IMG/VR virus record: IMGVR_UViG_3300008108_000092
Span: 1 to 56,663 of that record
From: a virus
Lineage: Duplodnaviria > Caudoviricetes
Reading direction: 5' to 3' (one strand)
DNA: 56,663 nt
Positions 41,795-51,706 of the stretch are shown here, one piece after another. The notes beneath the pieces are model-generated. The model searched no databases. It saw nothing but the letters and a program-made list of their open reading frames with translations, and had not been told where the DNA came from. The position numbers were made by a program, and so were the translations under genes. The stretch's first letter is position 1, and each line of letters starts with the position of its first letter.

Positions 41795-43867
41795 TTAATA
41801 TTTAATACAATATAATAATGCAACGTTTCTAGGACGAGCAGACCCAGTTCCAAATCCTCCTGTGTTTAACTCTATTGCGGATCCTGATGTCGTAGTAGTC
41901 GTTTGATAACTGTTTAAAATATTGGGCCACATATCTTTAGCATTTACTACATGGTCTACACCAACGTCACTAGAAGAATTGTCAACGTCCAGCCAACTTG
42001 TTGATAGATTTCCTCCAGTTTTGTCTATACGATTTATTGGATTACAGACTGTAGTTGAACTTTTATTTGGATCTATAATTGTTGCTGTTCCTTTTTGTGA
42101 GCTTCCAAATACTCTTCCTTTGTCAACTTCTCTGGTAGCATCCCATCCTCTGACAAATTCTCCTCTTAAGTCTGGAAGTTGTCCAGAAGAACCAAAAAAC
42201 CCTCGTAACACTGTCCACAATATAGAAAAGTCAGCTCTTATTCCTTGAACTGTATCTACTCCATTTGGTAGAATATCTCCATTGCATACAAGCCAGCCTG
42301 CTGGTGCAGTCGTTCTAGCAAATGGCATAACTGCTCCTACTGGAATAAGCGAATCTATTGTAGATTTTGCACTGATGGTAATATCATCATTGCCATTATT
42401 AATTACAATTCCCTCTCCAGCTTTTATTTTTTTAAATTCTAAAACTCCGTTTGTGTTTTGTTTTAATATTTTTCCTGAACCTGTTCCTATATTAGAATTT
42501 ATTCCATTAGTAACAGCACTTGTTGAATCTAAGATGATGGTGTTTTCATTAGTCGTTAGTTTTAATGCTATTCCAATTGAACTTAAACTTTTAAACTGTA
42601 AGGTTGTACCTGAATCAGATTTTCCTTTAAAAATTCCAAACGTTGAACTGTTTCCTAAATTTGTTGCGTTTACAGTTTTATATATAATTTCGTCTGTTAC
42701 ATTAATATTTAAAGTACCATTATTTTCTGTTAAATTTATTCCATTTCCAGCACTTAGAGTGTTAAAATGTAATTCATATCCACTTTGTCCTGAAAATACA
42801 GGAGTACCAGTTCCTACATTTACTCCTTTGAATCCAGCTACTGCTGGAACAAATGATTCTATTCGTATGCCATCTGGTGTTTCATGCAAATCTATATTTT
42901 TTCCTGCAGATAAAGATCTAAAATACAAACAATTGTTTTCAGACTTTAATAAAACTTGTTTTCCAAATCCTGTATTTTTTCCTCCAGACAACAAATTAAC
43001 AGTGCTAAACTCAACACGATTTTGTTTATCCTCAATTAAAATATGGGGATTCGCAGCAACTAGGGTTTTAAACCTTAAATTATCCCCTAATTTTTCTTTA
43101 AATATAAAAGCCCCTTCTTCCTGAGCTCGTGCTGCAGAAATTGAATCTGTTGCAGAAATTGTAATATCGTTTCCGGCGGTAACGACAGTTATGTTTTTGC
43201 CGTTTTTAATCTTTCTAACTTCAAACGGATGAGTTAAATTCTTTAAGATTTCTCCAGTACCTGTACCTACATTTGTTCCAGAAACTGTAGAAGACAGTGT
43301 AACCGTATCGTTTTGTGAGGTTATAGCAACACCAGATACTGCTAATAATGTTTTAAATGGTAAATCAACACCGTTTTTAGGTTTAGTTAACCCCACACCA
43401 TTTCCAACATTTGAAGTAGTGTTTGCTTCTCCTAATGATGTTCCATTAGAATTTACTCCAGTAATTTTAATATTACTTTCATCTTCTGAAACCACAATAT
43501 TAGTACTTCCAGATATGATTTTTTTGAATTGCAATCCTCTGTTACTCTTTTGTTTATATACACTAGCTCCATAACTAGCTCCAACATTAATTGCGGAAAT
43601 TAATTCTTGTCCACTATAAGGATTTCCAGCTGAAAGAGTAACGGACCCAATTCCAGTACTAGGGGATACTGATATATAATCACCAGTAACATTAATTTTA
43701 CTAACTCCAAAAGCACTAAATTCTGCTATTTGTGTAGTTAAATTATTAAGACTGCTTGCTAAAGAATTTAATTCAGAAGTAAGAACAGTAAAATTCGTAT
43801 TGATCGAAGAAAGAGAGTTTCCTACACATTCGTTTTTGTCAATTAGTGTAATATCTACAAGAGCCAT
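41795..43867 (-). CDS. Tail fibre protein with a phage tail-collar domain
   Basis: IPVGAVMPFA..APAGWLVCNG...LPDLRGEFVRGWD...RPRNVALLYCIKY. About eight ~50-aa NxGxG..LxFKxLxAG repeats. Confidence 0.9.
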   Translation of the reverse strand: MALVDITLIDKNECVGNSLSSINTNFTVLTSELNSLASSLNNLTTQIAEFSAFGVSKINVTGDYISVSPSTGIGSVTLSAGNPYSGQELISAINVGASYGASVYKQKSNRGLQFKKIISGSTNIVVSEDESNIKITGVNSNGTSLGEANTTSNVGNGVGLTKPKNGVDLPFKTLLAVSGVAITSQNDTVTLSSTVSGTNVGTGTGEILKNLTHPFEVRKIKNGKNITVVTAGNDITISATDSISAARAQEEGAFIFKEKLGDNLRFKTLVAANPHILIEDKQNRVEFSTVNLLSGGKNTGFGKQVLLKSENNCLYFRSLSAGKNIDLHETPDGIRIESFVPAVAGFKGVNVGTGTPVFSGQSGYELHFNTLSAGNGINLTENNGTLNINVTDEIIYKTVNATNLGNSSTFGIFKGKSDSGTTLQFKSLSSIGIALKLTTNENTIILDSTSAVTNGINSNIGTGSGKILKQNTNGVLEFKKIKAGEGIVINNGNDDITISAKSTIDSLIPVGAVMPFARTTAPAGWLVCNGDILPNGVDTVQGIRADFSILWTVLRGFFGSSGQLPDLRGEFVRGWDATREVDKGRVFGSSQKGTATIIDPNKSSTTVCNPINRIDKTGGNLSTSWLDVDNSSSDVGVDHVVNAKDMWPNILNSYQTTTTTSGSAIELNTGGFGTGSARPRNVALLYCIKY

Positions 43868-43873
43868 AATGGT

Positions 43874-43881
43874 TATTTATA
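43874..43881 (-). promoter_or_regulatory. T4-type late promoter TATAAATA
   Basis: Exact T4 late consensus 6 nt upstream of the tail-fibre ATG. Confidence 0.75.
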
Positions 43882-43894
43882 AAAATATTAAGAT

Positions 43895-45538
43895 TTATGC
43901 ATTAAACGATATGATAGGAGAGACATAATCTTGATTTAATAAATACTCCCATCTACAAGCAGTTTTCAAACTAGAGCCCCATCTCATAAAAATTTTATCA
44001 GAAAGATCAAACCCTAGAGGATCAATTTGATTATTCGTTGCACCAAAAAATCCAACTAGCGTCCATTGAGACGTGGAGTTATTTCTTCGTACGAGCCAAG
44101 AACCGTTTTGTCCATTTGTAACTGCAAATGAATACGAACTCCCATCAAATAATTCAACATCAATAAAGTCAGCTTTTTTATTTGTAGTAGCAAAAGGTTT
44201 TAAAAACCCAATTTGATCTATATCAAAACTATTTAATATTGTTTTAGTAGCAATTTTTGTATTTGTTATTATTTCATTGGGATCAAAAAAAGTACTATTA
44301 AAAAAGCATTTATTAAAACAATTACCTTTAGTTAAAGTTTTAATTGTAGGAATCGTTTCAATGAAATCAAACTTCATTAATGCTTCTAACAATAAATTAG
44401 TTAATCCGCTTAACGAACAGTTGGATTCAACTGAAACAAATTTAAAATTAGTGTCAGCTAAGTTATTTGGTTGCTCGAATGCAGAAGAGCTTCCATGCTG
44501 AGCTAAAGATAAAAATTTTGCGGTCAAAATGCTATTCAAATCGGCTACATTAAATCCAATTCCAAAAATTCTTTTTGAGTCTGAACTTTTTGCTTTACAA
44601 ATATCTTCATAAAATGAGAAAGTTGGTTTTTCAGGAGTCTCTTTGAAATAATACACTGACTCCATTTCATTGTAAAATACTAAATTAATAACTTTTGATC
44701 TGCCATCAGAATCATAACTAAGTTGATTAAAAATACGTTTATCTTCCGTTGCAAAAATATTAATTTTTTTATTTAATACATCGAAACTATTCCCGTAAGA
44801 TGGCAACAAAGAAGTAAACAATAAATTACTATCTTGTTTATAAAAAAGTTTTTCAAAAACAGAATAAGTTTTATAAAGGTTAGAATTTATCCAAATGTTA
44901 ATTTTAGGACTCAACCACGATCTATCAGGCTTTGTATTAGTAATTTGCAGCATTCGATTTTTAGAAATATCTTTTACCGTAAATGAATTAGTAATCTCAA
45001 CAGGTTGATCTGGATTATATATAGTGCCTGTAGATGTTACGTATATGATATAGCTAATTCCTGGGTCTAAAGTCGTGAATGGTTGTTGATTCAATGGTTG
45101 ATCTGCGTTGTATTCTTCTAAAGTAGAAGAATTAGTCTTAACAGATTCTCTTTGAACCTTTTTAATAAACGAATAATTGGAAATTTTAACTGAACTTTTA
45201 AATGGAAATGTTAATATATGCCAACTAGGTCCATTTGTTGTAGAAATTAGACTTACTGAATTGGGAATATCTGGTGAAGTCGTTTCATCAGTTTCTATTG
45301 TAAAAGTTCTTTTGGAACGTATACAATAGCCTCTACCAGGTTTTAAAGACGTAAAGAATTGGGTTTCTGCTGGTTGTTGATTAGTATAATACTCTAAAAT
45401 ATTATTAGCTTGTTCGTTTGGAGAGAATACCGAAATTATATCGGGAAAGTTGGTTAAAGAGCGATCTGAAGTACCCTCAAAGGAAATAATTGTATATTTG
45501 GGATTATCTTCATCTCCTTTAATTGTAAAAGTTTTCAT
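43895..45538 (-). CDS. Hypothetical structural protein with an N-terminal duplicated domain
   Basis: LEYYTNQQP..QFFTSLKPGRGY versus LEEYNADQP..QPFTTLDPGISY. Confidence 0.7.
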   Translation of the reverse strand: MKTFTIKGDEDNPKYTIISFEGTSDRSLTNFPDIISVFSPNEQANNILEYYTNQQPAETQFFTSLKPGRGYCIRSKRTFTIETDETTSPDIPNSVSLISTTNGPSWHILTFPFKSSVKISNYSFIKKVQRESVKTNSSTLEEYNADQPLNQQPFTTLDPGISYIIYVTSTGTIYNPDQPVEITNSFTVKDISKNRMLQITNTKPDRSWLSPKINIWINSNLYKTYSVFEKLFYKQDSNLLFTSLLPSYGNSFDVLNKKINIFATEDKRIFNQLSYDSDGRSKVINLVFYNEMESVYYFKETPEKPTFSFYEDICKAKSSDSKRIFGIGFNVADLNSILTAKFLSLAQHGSSSAFEQPNNLADTNFKFVSVESNCSLSGLTNLLLEALMKFDFIETIPTIKTLTKGNCFNKCFFNSTFFDPNEIITNTKIATKTILNSFDIDQIGFLKPFATTNKKADFIDVELFDGSSYSFAVTNGQNGSWLVRRNNSTSQWTLVGFFGATNNQIDPLGFDLSDKIFMRWGSSLKTACRWEYLLNQDYVSPIISFNA

Positions 45539-45555
45539 TAGTTAATATGTATTTA

Positions 45556-46674
45556 TTATTTTAATTGTTTTAACTCAATGGCTGAAATGTCTTTCCAAAC
45601 TTTTCCATCCGTCCATGTTTGATCATCATTCCAAGTTGTTTGAATTTCAAATACTTCCGTAGGAGTTGGTGTTATAGTTGGAGTTGGTGTGATAGTTGGA
45701 GTTGGTGTTATAGTTGGAGTTGGTGTTATAGTTGGAGTTGGTGTTATAGTTGGAGTTGGTGTAGCATTTGTTATGAAAATGCTGGTAGAAATGTCGGTTG
45801 CTTTTTGTTGGCTTAATGTCTCTACTCTTAATGCAGGTAGTGGTATGATAATAGTTTCTGGGTTATAACTTAAATTTAGATTGTTTGGGGAACATCCTAA
45901 AACCAATGGTTCTTTAGAAAGATAATACAAAGAAAGATTGTTGTCATTAGTACTAGACAATACAACTTTTGAAGATAATATAACTTTATTTTCTTGTAAT
46001 TGAAAGTTATTAGTAGTTGCTAAAGAAAAATTACAATCGTTTGAATTTGATTCACTAAAGTTGTTTATGAGAGTAATTCCGTCTATTCCATCTATTATAA
46101 GATTGAATCTAGATACTTGAGCTTTATCAATAAAAAAATAATACTGTCTTTGTGAATTTATATTTACGGTCTGATTGTTCGATTCAATTAGAATTGTATC
46201 AACTGGAGTTTGTTGAATGTAACTTGTTTGATTTACAATTGTAGTATTTGCTGAGTTGTTGTTTCTTGAAAGTTCAACAATACCTTCTAAAAAATTTCCA
46301 GTTAATAGTTCCGAATTAGTATTATTTTCATTTTTATAGCCAAATGTTGTTCCTAAACGAGCTTCGGTAAATTGAATACTTGACTTAAAAAGACCATCTA
46401 CGGAAACTATCATTGTTTTAAGAGGAGTTTTAGACTCTACTAGATTATTAAAAAACAAGCTGTCTTGAAAATGGTTTCTTTGAAATGAAATTTCTTGAGA
46501 TGCATTAAATTTAATTTCTGAATTAATTTTAAAAGAAAATAACCGTGATGCAATATCTACAGGAACTAAACTAGGCGTTGGCGTGGGAGTTGGTACAGGA
46601 GTTGCTTTGGGTTTAGTTTTCCATGAAGATCTGTCTATTTTTATTTTTTTTCCTAGTATAAAAGGATCACGCAT
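45556..46674 (-). CDS. Structural protein with the shared RLGTxFGY domain and Pro/Thr linkers
   Basis: MIVSVDG..IQFTEARLGTTFGY and (TPTPTI)n. Start revised to ATG 46674 after TAAATA at 46680-46685. Confidence 0.7.
   Translation of the reverse strand: MRDPFILGKKIKIDRSSWKTKPKATPVPTPTPTPSLVPVDIASRLFSFKINSEIKFNASQEISFQRNHFQDSLFFNNLVESKTPLKTMIVSVDGLFKSSIQFTEARLGTTFGYKNENNTNSELLTGNFLEGIVELSRNNNSANTTIVNQTSYIQQTPVDTILIESNNQTVNINSQRQYYFFIDKAQVSRFNLIIDGIDGITLINNFSESNSNDCNFSLATTNNFQLQENKVILSSKVVLSSTNDNNLSLYYLSKEPLVLGCSPNNLNLSYNPETIIIPLPALRVETLSQQKATDISTSIFITNATPTPTITPTPTITPTPTITPTPTITPTPTITPTPTEVFEIQTTWNDDQTWTDGKVWKDISAIELKQLK
45662..45762. repeat. 18-bp tandem repeat, 5 copies plus a partial
   Basis: Unit GGAGTTGGTGTTATAGTT, encoding TITPTP on the minus strand. 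Confidence 0.95.
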
Positions 46675-46765
46675 GCAGATATTTATCAAGTTTTCTTTTA
46701 AAAATATTAAATTCTGAACGTAAAATATATTATGAATTTTTATTGAGTTTGATTAAATAATCTCA

Positions 46766-47302
46766 ATGAAAAACTTCGATACACTATTTGAGAAAGAATT
46801 AGAACGCTTTCAATTAGGTGGAATAATTGTTGGAGATAGAATTCGCTTTACTAAAAATTGTTTAAATTTAGATTATATAAAAAATAGAGCAGCTTCGTAT
46901 CAAGACATTATCAAAGCTTGTTCGGAACCTTCTTTTGATTTAAACTTAAGAGTAGGTGCTGTAAAAAGTATATACCCAACTACTTCTCAAAACTATACTG
47001 GTGGAACTACAGATGCACCGGATGGCATTTTTCTTGATATTTACATAGAATATGCCCCAGGTCTTTATAGGAATCCGATGACGGTTCCGATTGAAGCTGT
47101 TGAAGTAATAGATGACGGGAACAATAGAGGACCTGTTCCTGATAGTCTTAAGCGAAAAAATAAAGTCCACGGTCCCGAGCAAATTAATGCAAAGCAACCA
47201 TCTTTTGACAATATTAATTTGCCTACAAAAAACACAACCATTCCAAACTCCAATAAATGGGATGATGGAAAACCTGGTGGCGGAAATTTTATAAAAACAT
47301 AG
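46766..47302 (+). CDS. Hypothetical protein
   Basis: 178-aa ORF after TAAATA at 46754. Confidence 0.75.
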   Translation: MKNFDTLFEKELERFQLGGIIVGDRIRFTKNCLNLDYIKNRAASYQDIIKACSEPSFDLNLRVGAVKSIYPTTSQNYTGGTTDAPDGIFLDIYIEYAPGLYRNPMTVPIEAVEVIDDGNNRGPVPDSLKRKNKVHGPEQINAKQPSFDNINLPTKNTTIPNSNKWDDGKPGGGNFIKT

Positions 47303-47355
47303 TTTTTTTATAAAAATGTGAGATAATACATACGAGCAACCTATACTCAAAAATA

Positions 47356-47529
47356 ATGAAAACAATGTTATGTAAAATAATAGTTCTCGGATTCTACTAC
47401 TTGGGAGATGTTTTTTCCAAAATAGACAGCGAACTTGCAGCTAATCTTTATCAAAGATGCATGAACATTTCTGTTGAATGGGACGAAAAAATTAACTTTT
47501 ATTGGTGGAAAAGTGTAGAAAAACAATAA
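47356..47529 (+). CDS. Small hypothetical protein (57 aa, not in the ORF track)
   Basis: MKTMLCKIIVLGFYYLGDVFSKIDSELAANLYQRCMNISVEWDEKINFYWWKSVEKQ*, filling the gap before nrdB. Confidence 0.6.
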   Translation: MKTMLCKIIVLGFYYLGDVFSKIDSELAANLYQRCMNISVEWDEKINFYWWKSVEKQ

Positions 47530-47542
47530 CTTCTTTAAAATT

Positions 47543-48526
47543 ATGAATAAACTTAAAATATTTGACGAACAAATTTCAAGAAAACCGAACCTTTATCCCT
47601 GGACAGAACAATATATGGAAGCTATCCATAACGGATTTTGGACCGATAAAGAATTTAACTTTAAATCGGATATTCAAAATTTTAAAGTTACTTTAACTGA
47701 ACAAGAAAAAGAAATTATAGTTCGCACACTTTCTGCAATTGGACAGATCGAAGTTGCTGTAAAAACTTTCTGGGCCAAGCTCGGAGAAAATCTGCCTCAT
47801 CCTTCTCTTGCTGATTTAGGTTATGTAATGGCTAACACTGAAGTAATTCACAACAATGCATACGAACGTCTTTTAACAGTTTTAGGATTAGAAGATGTGT
47901 TCGAAAAAAATTTAAAACTTGACTGGATACAAGGAAGAGTCAAATACTTAAAAAAGTATACTCATAAGTTCTATAAAGATTCTAAAAAACAATATCTTTA
48001 TGCTCTTATATTGTTTACTTTATTCGTTGAGAATGTTTCTCTGTTCTCGCAATTTTATGTAGTAAATTGGTTTGCCCGATTTAAGAATGTATTGAAAGAT
48101 ACAGATCAGCAAGTAAAATACACTCGCAACGAAGAAAATCTTCACGCGTTGATAGGAATTCAGCTTATTAACACAATTAGAAAAGAATATCCTGAATTAT
48201 TTGATCAAGAATTGGAAGAACGAATTCTTCATGAAGCTCAAGAAGCGTTTAATTCGGAATCTAAAATTGTTGATTGGATGGTAAATGGAATTCAAGAAGA
48301 AGGCTTGAGTGCTGTTGTTTTGAAAGAATTTATTAAAAATAGAATTAATGAGTCTCTTAAACAAATTAAATTTAAACAAGCGTTCGACGTTGACAAAGAA
48401 ATATTAAAGACTACAGTATGGTTTGATGAAGAACTACTCGGAGAAAATGCAACTGACTTTTTTCATAGCAGGCCTGTTGGCTATGCAAAGAAAAACCAAT
48501 CATTTTCTGAAGAGGATCTATTCTAA
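47543..48526 (+). CDS. nrdB: Ribonucleotide reductase beta subunit, class Id-like
   Basis: Ligands E70, E100, H103, E163, E198 and H201, plus Y107 and K74. Confidence 0.95.
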   Translation: MNKLKIFDEQISRKPNLYPWTEQYMEAIHNGFWTDKEFNFKSDIQNFKVTLTEQEKEIIVRTLSAIGQIEVAVKTFWAKLGENLPHPSLADLGYVMANTEVIHNNAYERLLTVLGLEDVFEKNLKLDWIQGRVKYLKKYTHKFYKDSKKQYLYALILFTLFVENVSLFSQFYVVNWFARFKNVLKDTDQQVKYTRNEENLHALIGIQLINTIRKEYPELFDQELEERILHEAQEAFNSESKIVDWMVNGIQEEGLSAVVLKEFIKNRINESLKQIKFKQAFDVDKEILKTTVWFDEELLGENATDFFHSRPVGYAKKNQSFSEEDLF

Positions 48527-48537
48527 ACTATAACTAT

Positions 48538-50196
48538 ATGCATAAAGACAACTTTTATTGGCTTAATAAAGACTCCCGAAAATTCTTAGAACGTGGGTAT
48601 TTATTAGAGGGAGAAACTGCGGAACAACGTATTGAGGATATTGCACAAGCTGCTGAGAAATATTTAAATATTCAAGGATTTGCTAAAAAGTTTACAGACT
48701 ATATGGCTTTAGGATTTTATAGTTTATCGTCTCCAATATGGTCAAACTTTGGTCGAACTCGCGGACTTCCTATCTCTTGCTTCGGTTCATATATTTCAGA
48801 TACAATGGAATCAATTTTAGGAAAAATTGCTGAAGTTGGAATTATGACAAAACATGGAGGAGGTACTTCTGCCTACTTTGGGTCGATCCGTGGACGGGGC
48901 ACTCCAATTTCATGTGGAGGAGAATCTACGGGGTCAGTTCATTTTATGGAACTGTACAACAAACTCATGAATGTTGTATCTCAAGGCAATGTAAGACGAG
49001 GATCTTTTGCAGCATATCTACCAATTGATCATAAAGACATAGAAGAATTTCTTCAAATTCGTTCGGAGGGTCATGATATTCAAGAAATGTCTTTTGCTGT
49101 TTGTGTTCCTGATAAATGGATGAAAGAAATGATTGAAGGAGATAAAGAAAAGAGAAATGTATGGTCTAAGGTTATTAAAAAACGTTTCGAATCAGGATAT
49201 CCTTATATAATGTTTTCGGATACTGTTAATAACAATTCTCCACAAATCTATAAAGAAAAAGGAAAAACAATTAACAATTCGAATCTTTGTAGTGAGATTG
49301 CTTTGTCGAATGATGATGGAGAATCATTTGTGTGTGATTTATCTTCATTGAATTTAGAACGCTGGGATGCTATTAAAGATACAGATGCAATTGAAACTCT
49401 TGTGCTGTTTTTAGATGCAGTAATGACTGAATTTATCAACAAAACTGAGGGCATGCAGTTTATGGAAGCTCCTAGAAAATTTGCAATTAATCAAAGAGCT
49501 CTTGGAGTAGGAGTACTTGGTTGGCACTCTCTGCTACAATCCAAGATGATTGCTTTTGAATCGTTTGATGCTAAAATGCTAAATGCTGAGATTTGGAAAA
49601 CAATTAGAGAGAAAGCAGATAAAGCAACTTGCGAATTAGCTTGTTTATTTGAAGAAGCACCAATTTATAAAGATTCGAAAGAAAAGAGAAGAAATACTAC
49701 AACTCTTGCAGTTGCTCCTACGACTTCCTCCAGTTTTATTCTAGGTCAAGTTTCTCCATCAATTGAACCTGAAAACAGCTGTTATTATGTTAAGGATCTA
49801 GCAAAAGGAAAATTCACATACAAAAACCCTTATCTTAAACAAATACTAAAGGATAAAAATAAAAATGACGACGAAACGTGGATGTCAATTCTTTCTCATG
49901 GTGGTTCTGTTCAGCATCTTGATTTTTTATCAGATCACGAAAAAAATGTATTCAAAACTTTCGGAGAAATTTCTCAAAAAGAAATTGTCATTCAAGCTGC
50001 TCAAAGACAAAAATTCATTGATCAATCTCAAAGTTTAAATTTAATGATACCTCACGACGCAAAGCCGAAAGAAGTAAACGAACTTCTGATTTTTGGCTGG
50101 GAGCAAGGAATTAAAACATTTTACTATCAAAGAAGTTCTAATCCCTCACAAAAATTAGCAAGATCTATTATGACTTGCACTAGTTGTGAAGCATAA
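48538..50196 (+). CDS. nrdA: Ribonucleotide reductase alpha subunit (compact, no ATP cone)
   Basis: PISCF, SNLCSEI, APTTSSS, KTFYY, C-terminal CTSCEA. Confidence 0.95.
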   Translation: MHKDNFYWLNKDSRKFLERGYLLEGETAEQRIEDIAQAAEKYLNIQGFAKKFTDYMALGFYSLSSPIWSNFGRTRGLPISCFGSYISDTMESILGKIAEVGIMTKHGGGTSAYFGSIRGRGTPISCGGESTGSVHFMELYNKLMNVVSQGNVRRGSFAAYLPIDHKDIEEFLQIRSEGHDIQEMSFAVCVPDKWMKEMIEGDKEKRNVWSKVIKKRFESGYPYIMFSDTVNNNSPQIYKEKGKTINNSNLCSEIALSNDDGESFVCDLSSLNLERWDAIKDTDAIETLVLFLDAVMTEFINKTEGMQFMEAPRKFAINQRALGVGVLGWHSLLQSKMIAFESFDAKMLNAEIWKTIREKADKATCELACLFEEAPIYKDSKEKRRNTTTLAVAPTTSSSFILGQVSPSIEPENSCYYVKDLAKGKFTYKNPYLKQILKDKNKNDDETWMSILSHGGSVQHLDFLSDHEKNVFKTFGEISQKEIVIQAAQRQKFIDQSQSLNLMIPHDAKPKEVNELLIFGWEQGIKTFYYQRSSNPSQKLARSIMTCTSCEA

Positions 50197-50197
50197 A
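50173..50197 (+). repeat. Direct repeat copy 1 (3' end of nrdA)
   Basis: ACTTGCACTAGTTGTGAAGCATAAA, 24/25 identical to 51678-51702. Confidence 0.9.
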
Positions 50198-50245
50198 TAT
50201 TTTTCAACACGATAAACAAATGTTAATAGTTGTAAATTAATTATG

Positions 50246-51001
50246 TTACAAGAATCCCGAAAGTGGGGTTTTACTTGAAATAAGCACTTTTGAAACATCA
50301 GACCAATGGTTTGGATAATTTTGTAAAAGATCTTGCATTTGTTGTTCTAATTTTTCTTTAGTAGTGTGATGGTGATATCCACGGCCTAGAACTTTATCGC
50401 ATTCCGGAATTCGTGAACTAATTTGAAGCTTTCTTTGAATAAATCTATCATTCCATGGAGAATACATATATTTTAAAATTATAAAATCATCACAATTACA
50501 CTGGTTTGATGCAAAATGTCTTCCTAATGGATATTGTTTTCCTGAATAATTATGAAGAGACCGACAAGTCCACAATTCAGCAAGAGGTGGCCCTCCATAT
50601 CTTTTTTCTTTCAGTAAATCAATAGGTTGAGAATTACTTTTTAAAGATTCTTTAGATTCCAACATAATATATATTTGTATAAGTTTATCTAATCGATTAG
50701 TATCTGAAATTAATGTTGAATAATCTCCCACTAAAAACTCTGTTGTGTTTAAACACACTCTCCAATCGCTGATACCTTTTTCATATTCTTGTACTTCTTG
50801 GTCGACTAAATCTGACTGAAAGTTGTTATTTTTACTATTATGTATAGTCCAATTCGGACATATTTCTTTTATTATGTTTACAGAATTGTCTGTAGAGGCG
50901 TAATTAATAAGAATACCATGATCAAAAAACTTTTTGTGATGATTAAGCCACCACGGTAATAAATATTCTTCGTTGTAAAAATGAGAAATTATAGTTTTCA
51001 T
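50246..51001 (-). CDS. GT-A fold glycosyltransferase (GT2-related)
   Basis: FYNEEYLLPWWLNHH...INYASTDNS. The DxDE position reads NTTEF. Confidence 0.75.
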   Translation of the reverse strand: MKTIISHFYNEEYLLPWWLNHHKKFFDHGILINYASTDNSVNIIKEICPNWTIHNSKNNNFQSDLVDQEVQEYEKGISDWRVCLNTTEFLVGDYSTLISDTNRLDKLIQIYIMLESKESLKSNSQPIDLLKEKRYGGPPLAELWTCRSLHNYSGKQYPLGRHFASNQCNCDDFIILKYMYSPWNDRFIQRKLQISSRIPECDKVLGRGYHHHTTKEKLEQQMQDLLQNYPNHWSDVSKVLISSKTPLSGFL

Positions 51002-51588
51002 TAATTGTGCACGAAAAGTACCCCAGGTGCTTTTACGGGGTTAGTTTTACTAGCTATTTTTTCCGCGTATTTGCCATCAGCACAGGAATCGAAGTCCGTC
51101 CAAGGTGTGTCTTTAATTAAATCAATATGAGACATAAATGCTCCCATATCTATTTGAAATAGTCGGGGGTGAGCAACTAAAACGTTATAGTTAAATTCCC
51201 AACAAACCATGTCGCAAATTACCATTTTAGAATTACAGCTAATTGCTGTGTTTAACATTCTCTCTAAAAATACAGGTGAGTAATAATTGTCTTCATTGGT
51301 ATATACAACCCAATCCGGTAATTCACCCATTAATGACACTTTATGTCTATGGTAAAACCCACAATGTCCCTTATGATCTAGATCATCGATAAAAACTACT
51401 TTATTGCTCAACTGTTGAAACCTGTGTTTTAAAGTTTTGTCTTCAACAGGACCATCGTGGTGTATATATATTTCAAAATTTTCGTAAGTTTGACATAAGA
51501 TAGAATAGACGCACGAAAAAGCAGCATCTACTCTTTTTGGTAAGCCGTTGAAATATGCAGATATGCAAATTCTAATTTTGTTATTCAT
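51001..51588 (-). CDS. Glycosyltransferase family 2-like
   Basis: SILCQTYENFEIYIHHDG...TNEDNYY...IDMG...ADG. Confidence 0.85.
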   Translation of the reverse strand: MNNKIRICISAYFNGLPKRVDAAFSCVYSILCQTYENFEIYIHHDGPVEDKTLKHRFQQLSNKVVFIDDLDHKGHCGFYHRHKVSLMGELPDWVVYTNEDNYYSPVFLERMLNTAISCNSKMVICDMVCWEFNYNVLVAHPRLFQIDMGAFMSHIDLIKDTPWTDFDSCADGKYAEKIASKTNPVKAPGVLFVHN

Positions 51589-51677
51589 TTTAAATTTAAA
51601 ATATTTCTATCTAGAGTAAGTAAGTTTTGAAAAACCATTTAGTTAATTATCTTTTTGGTTAAAACTTAATATTACGA

Positions 51678-51702
51678 ACTTGTACTAGTTGTGAAGCATA
51701 AA
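51678..51702 (+). repeat. Direct repeat copy 2 (orphan nrdA 3' end)
   Basis: ACTTGTACTAGTTGTGAAGCATAAA, still reading TCTSCEA*. Confidence 0.9.
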
Positions 51703-51706
51703 ACTT

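Noticed and set aside
47543-50196. Intron or intein in the nrd genes
   Set aside because: Both ORFs are continuous and compact, with no insertion or splice motifs.
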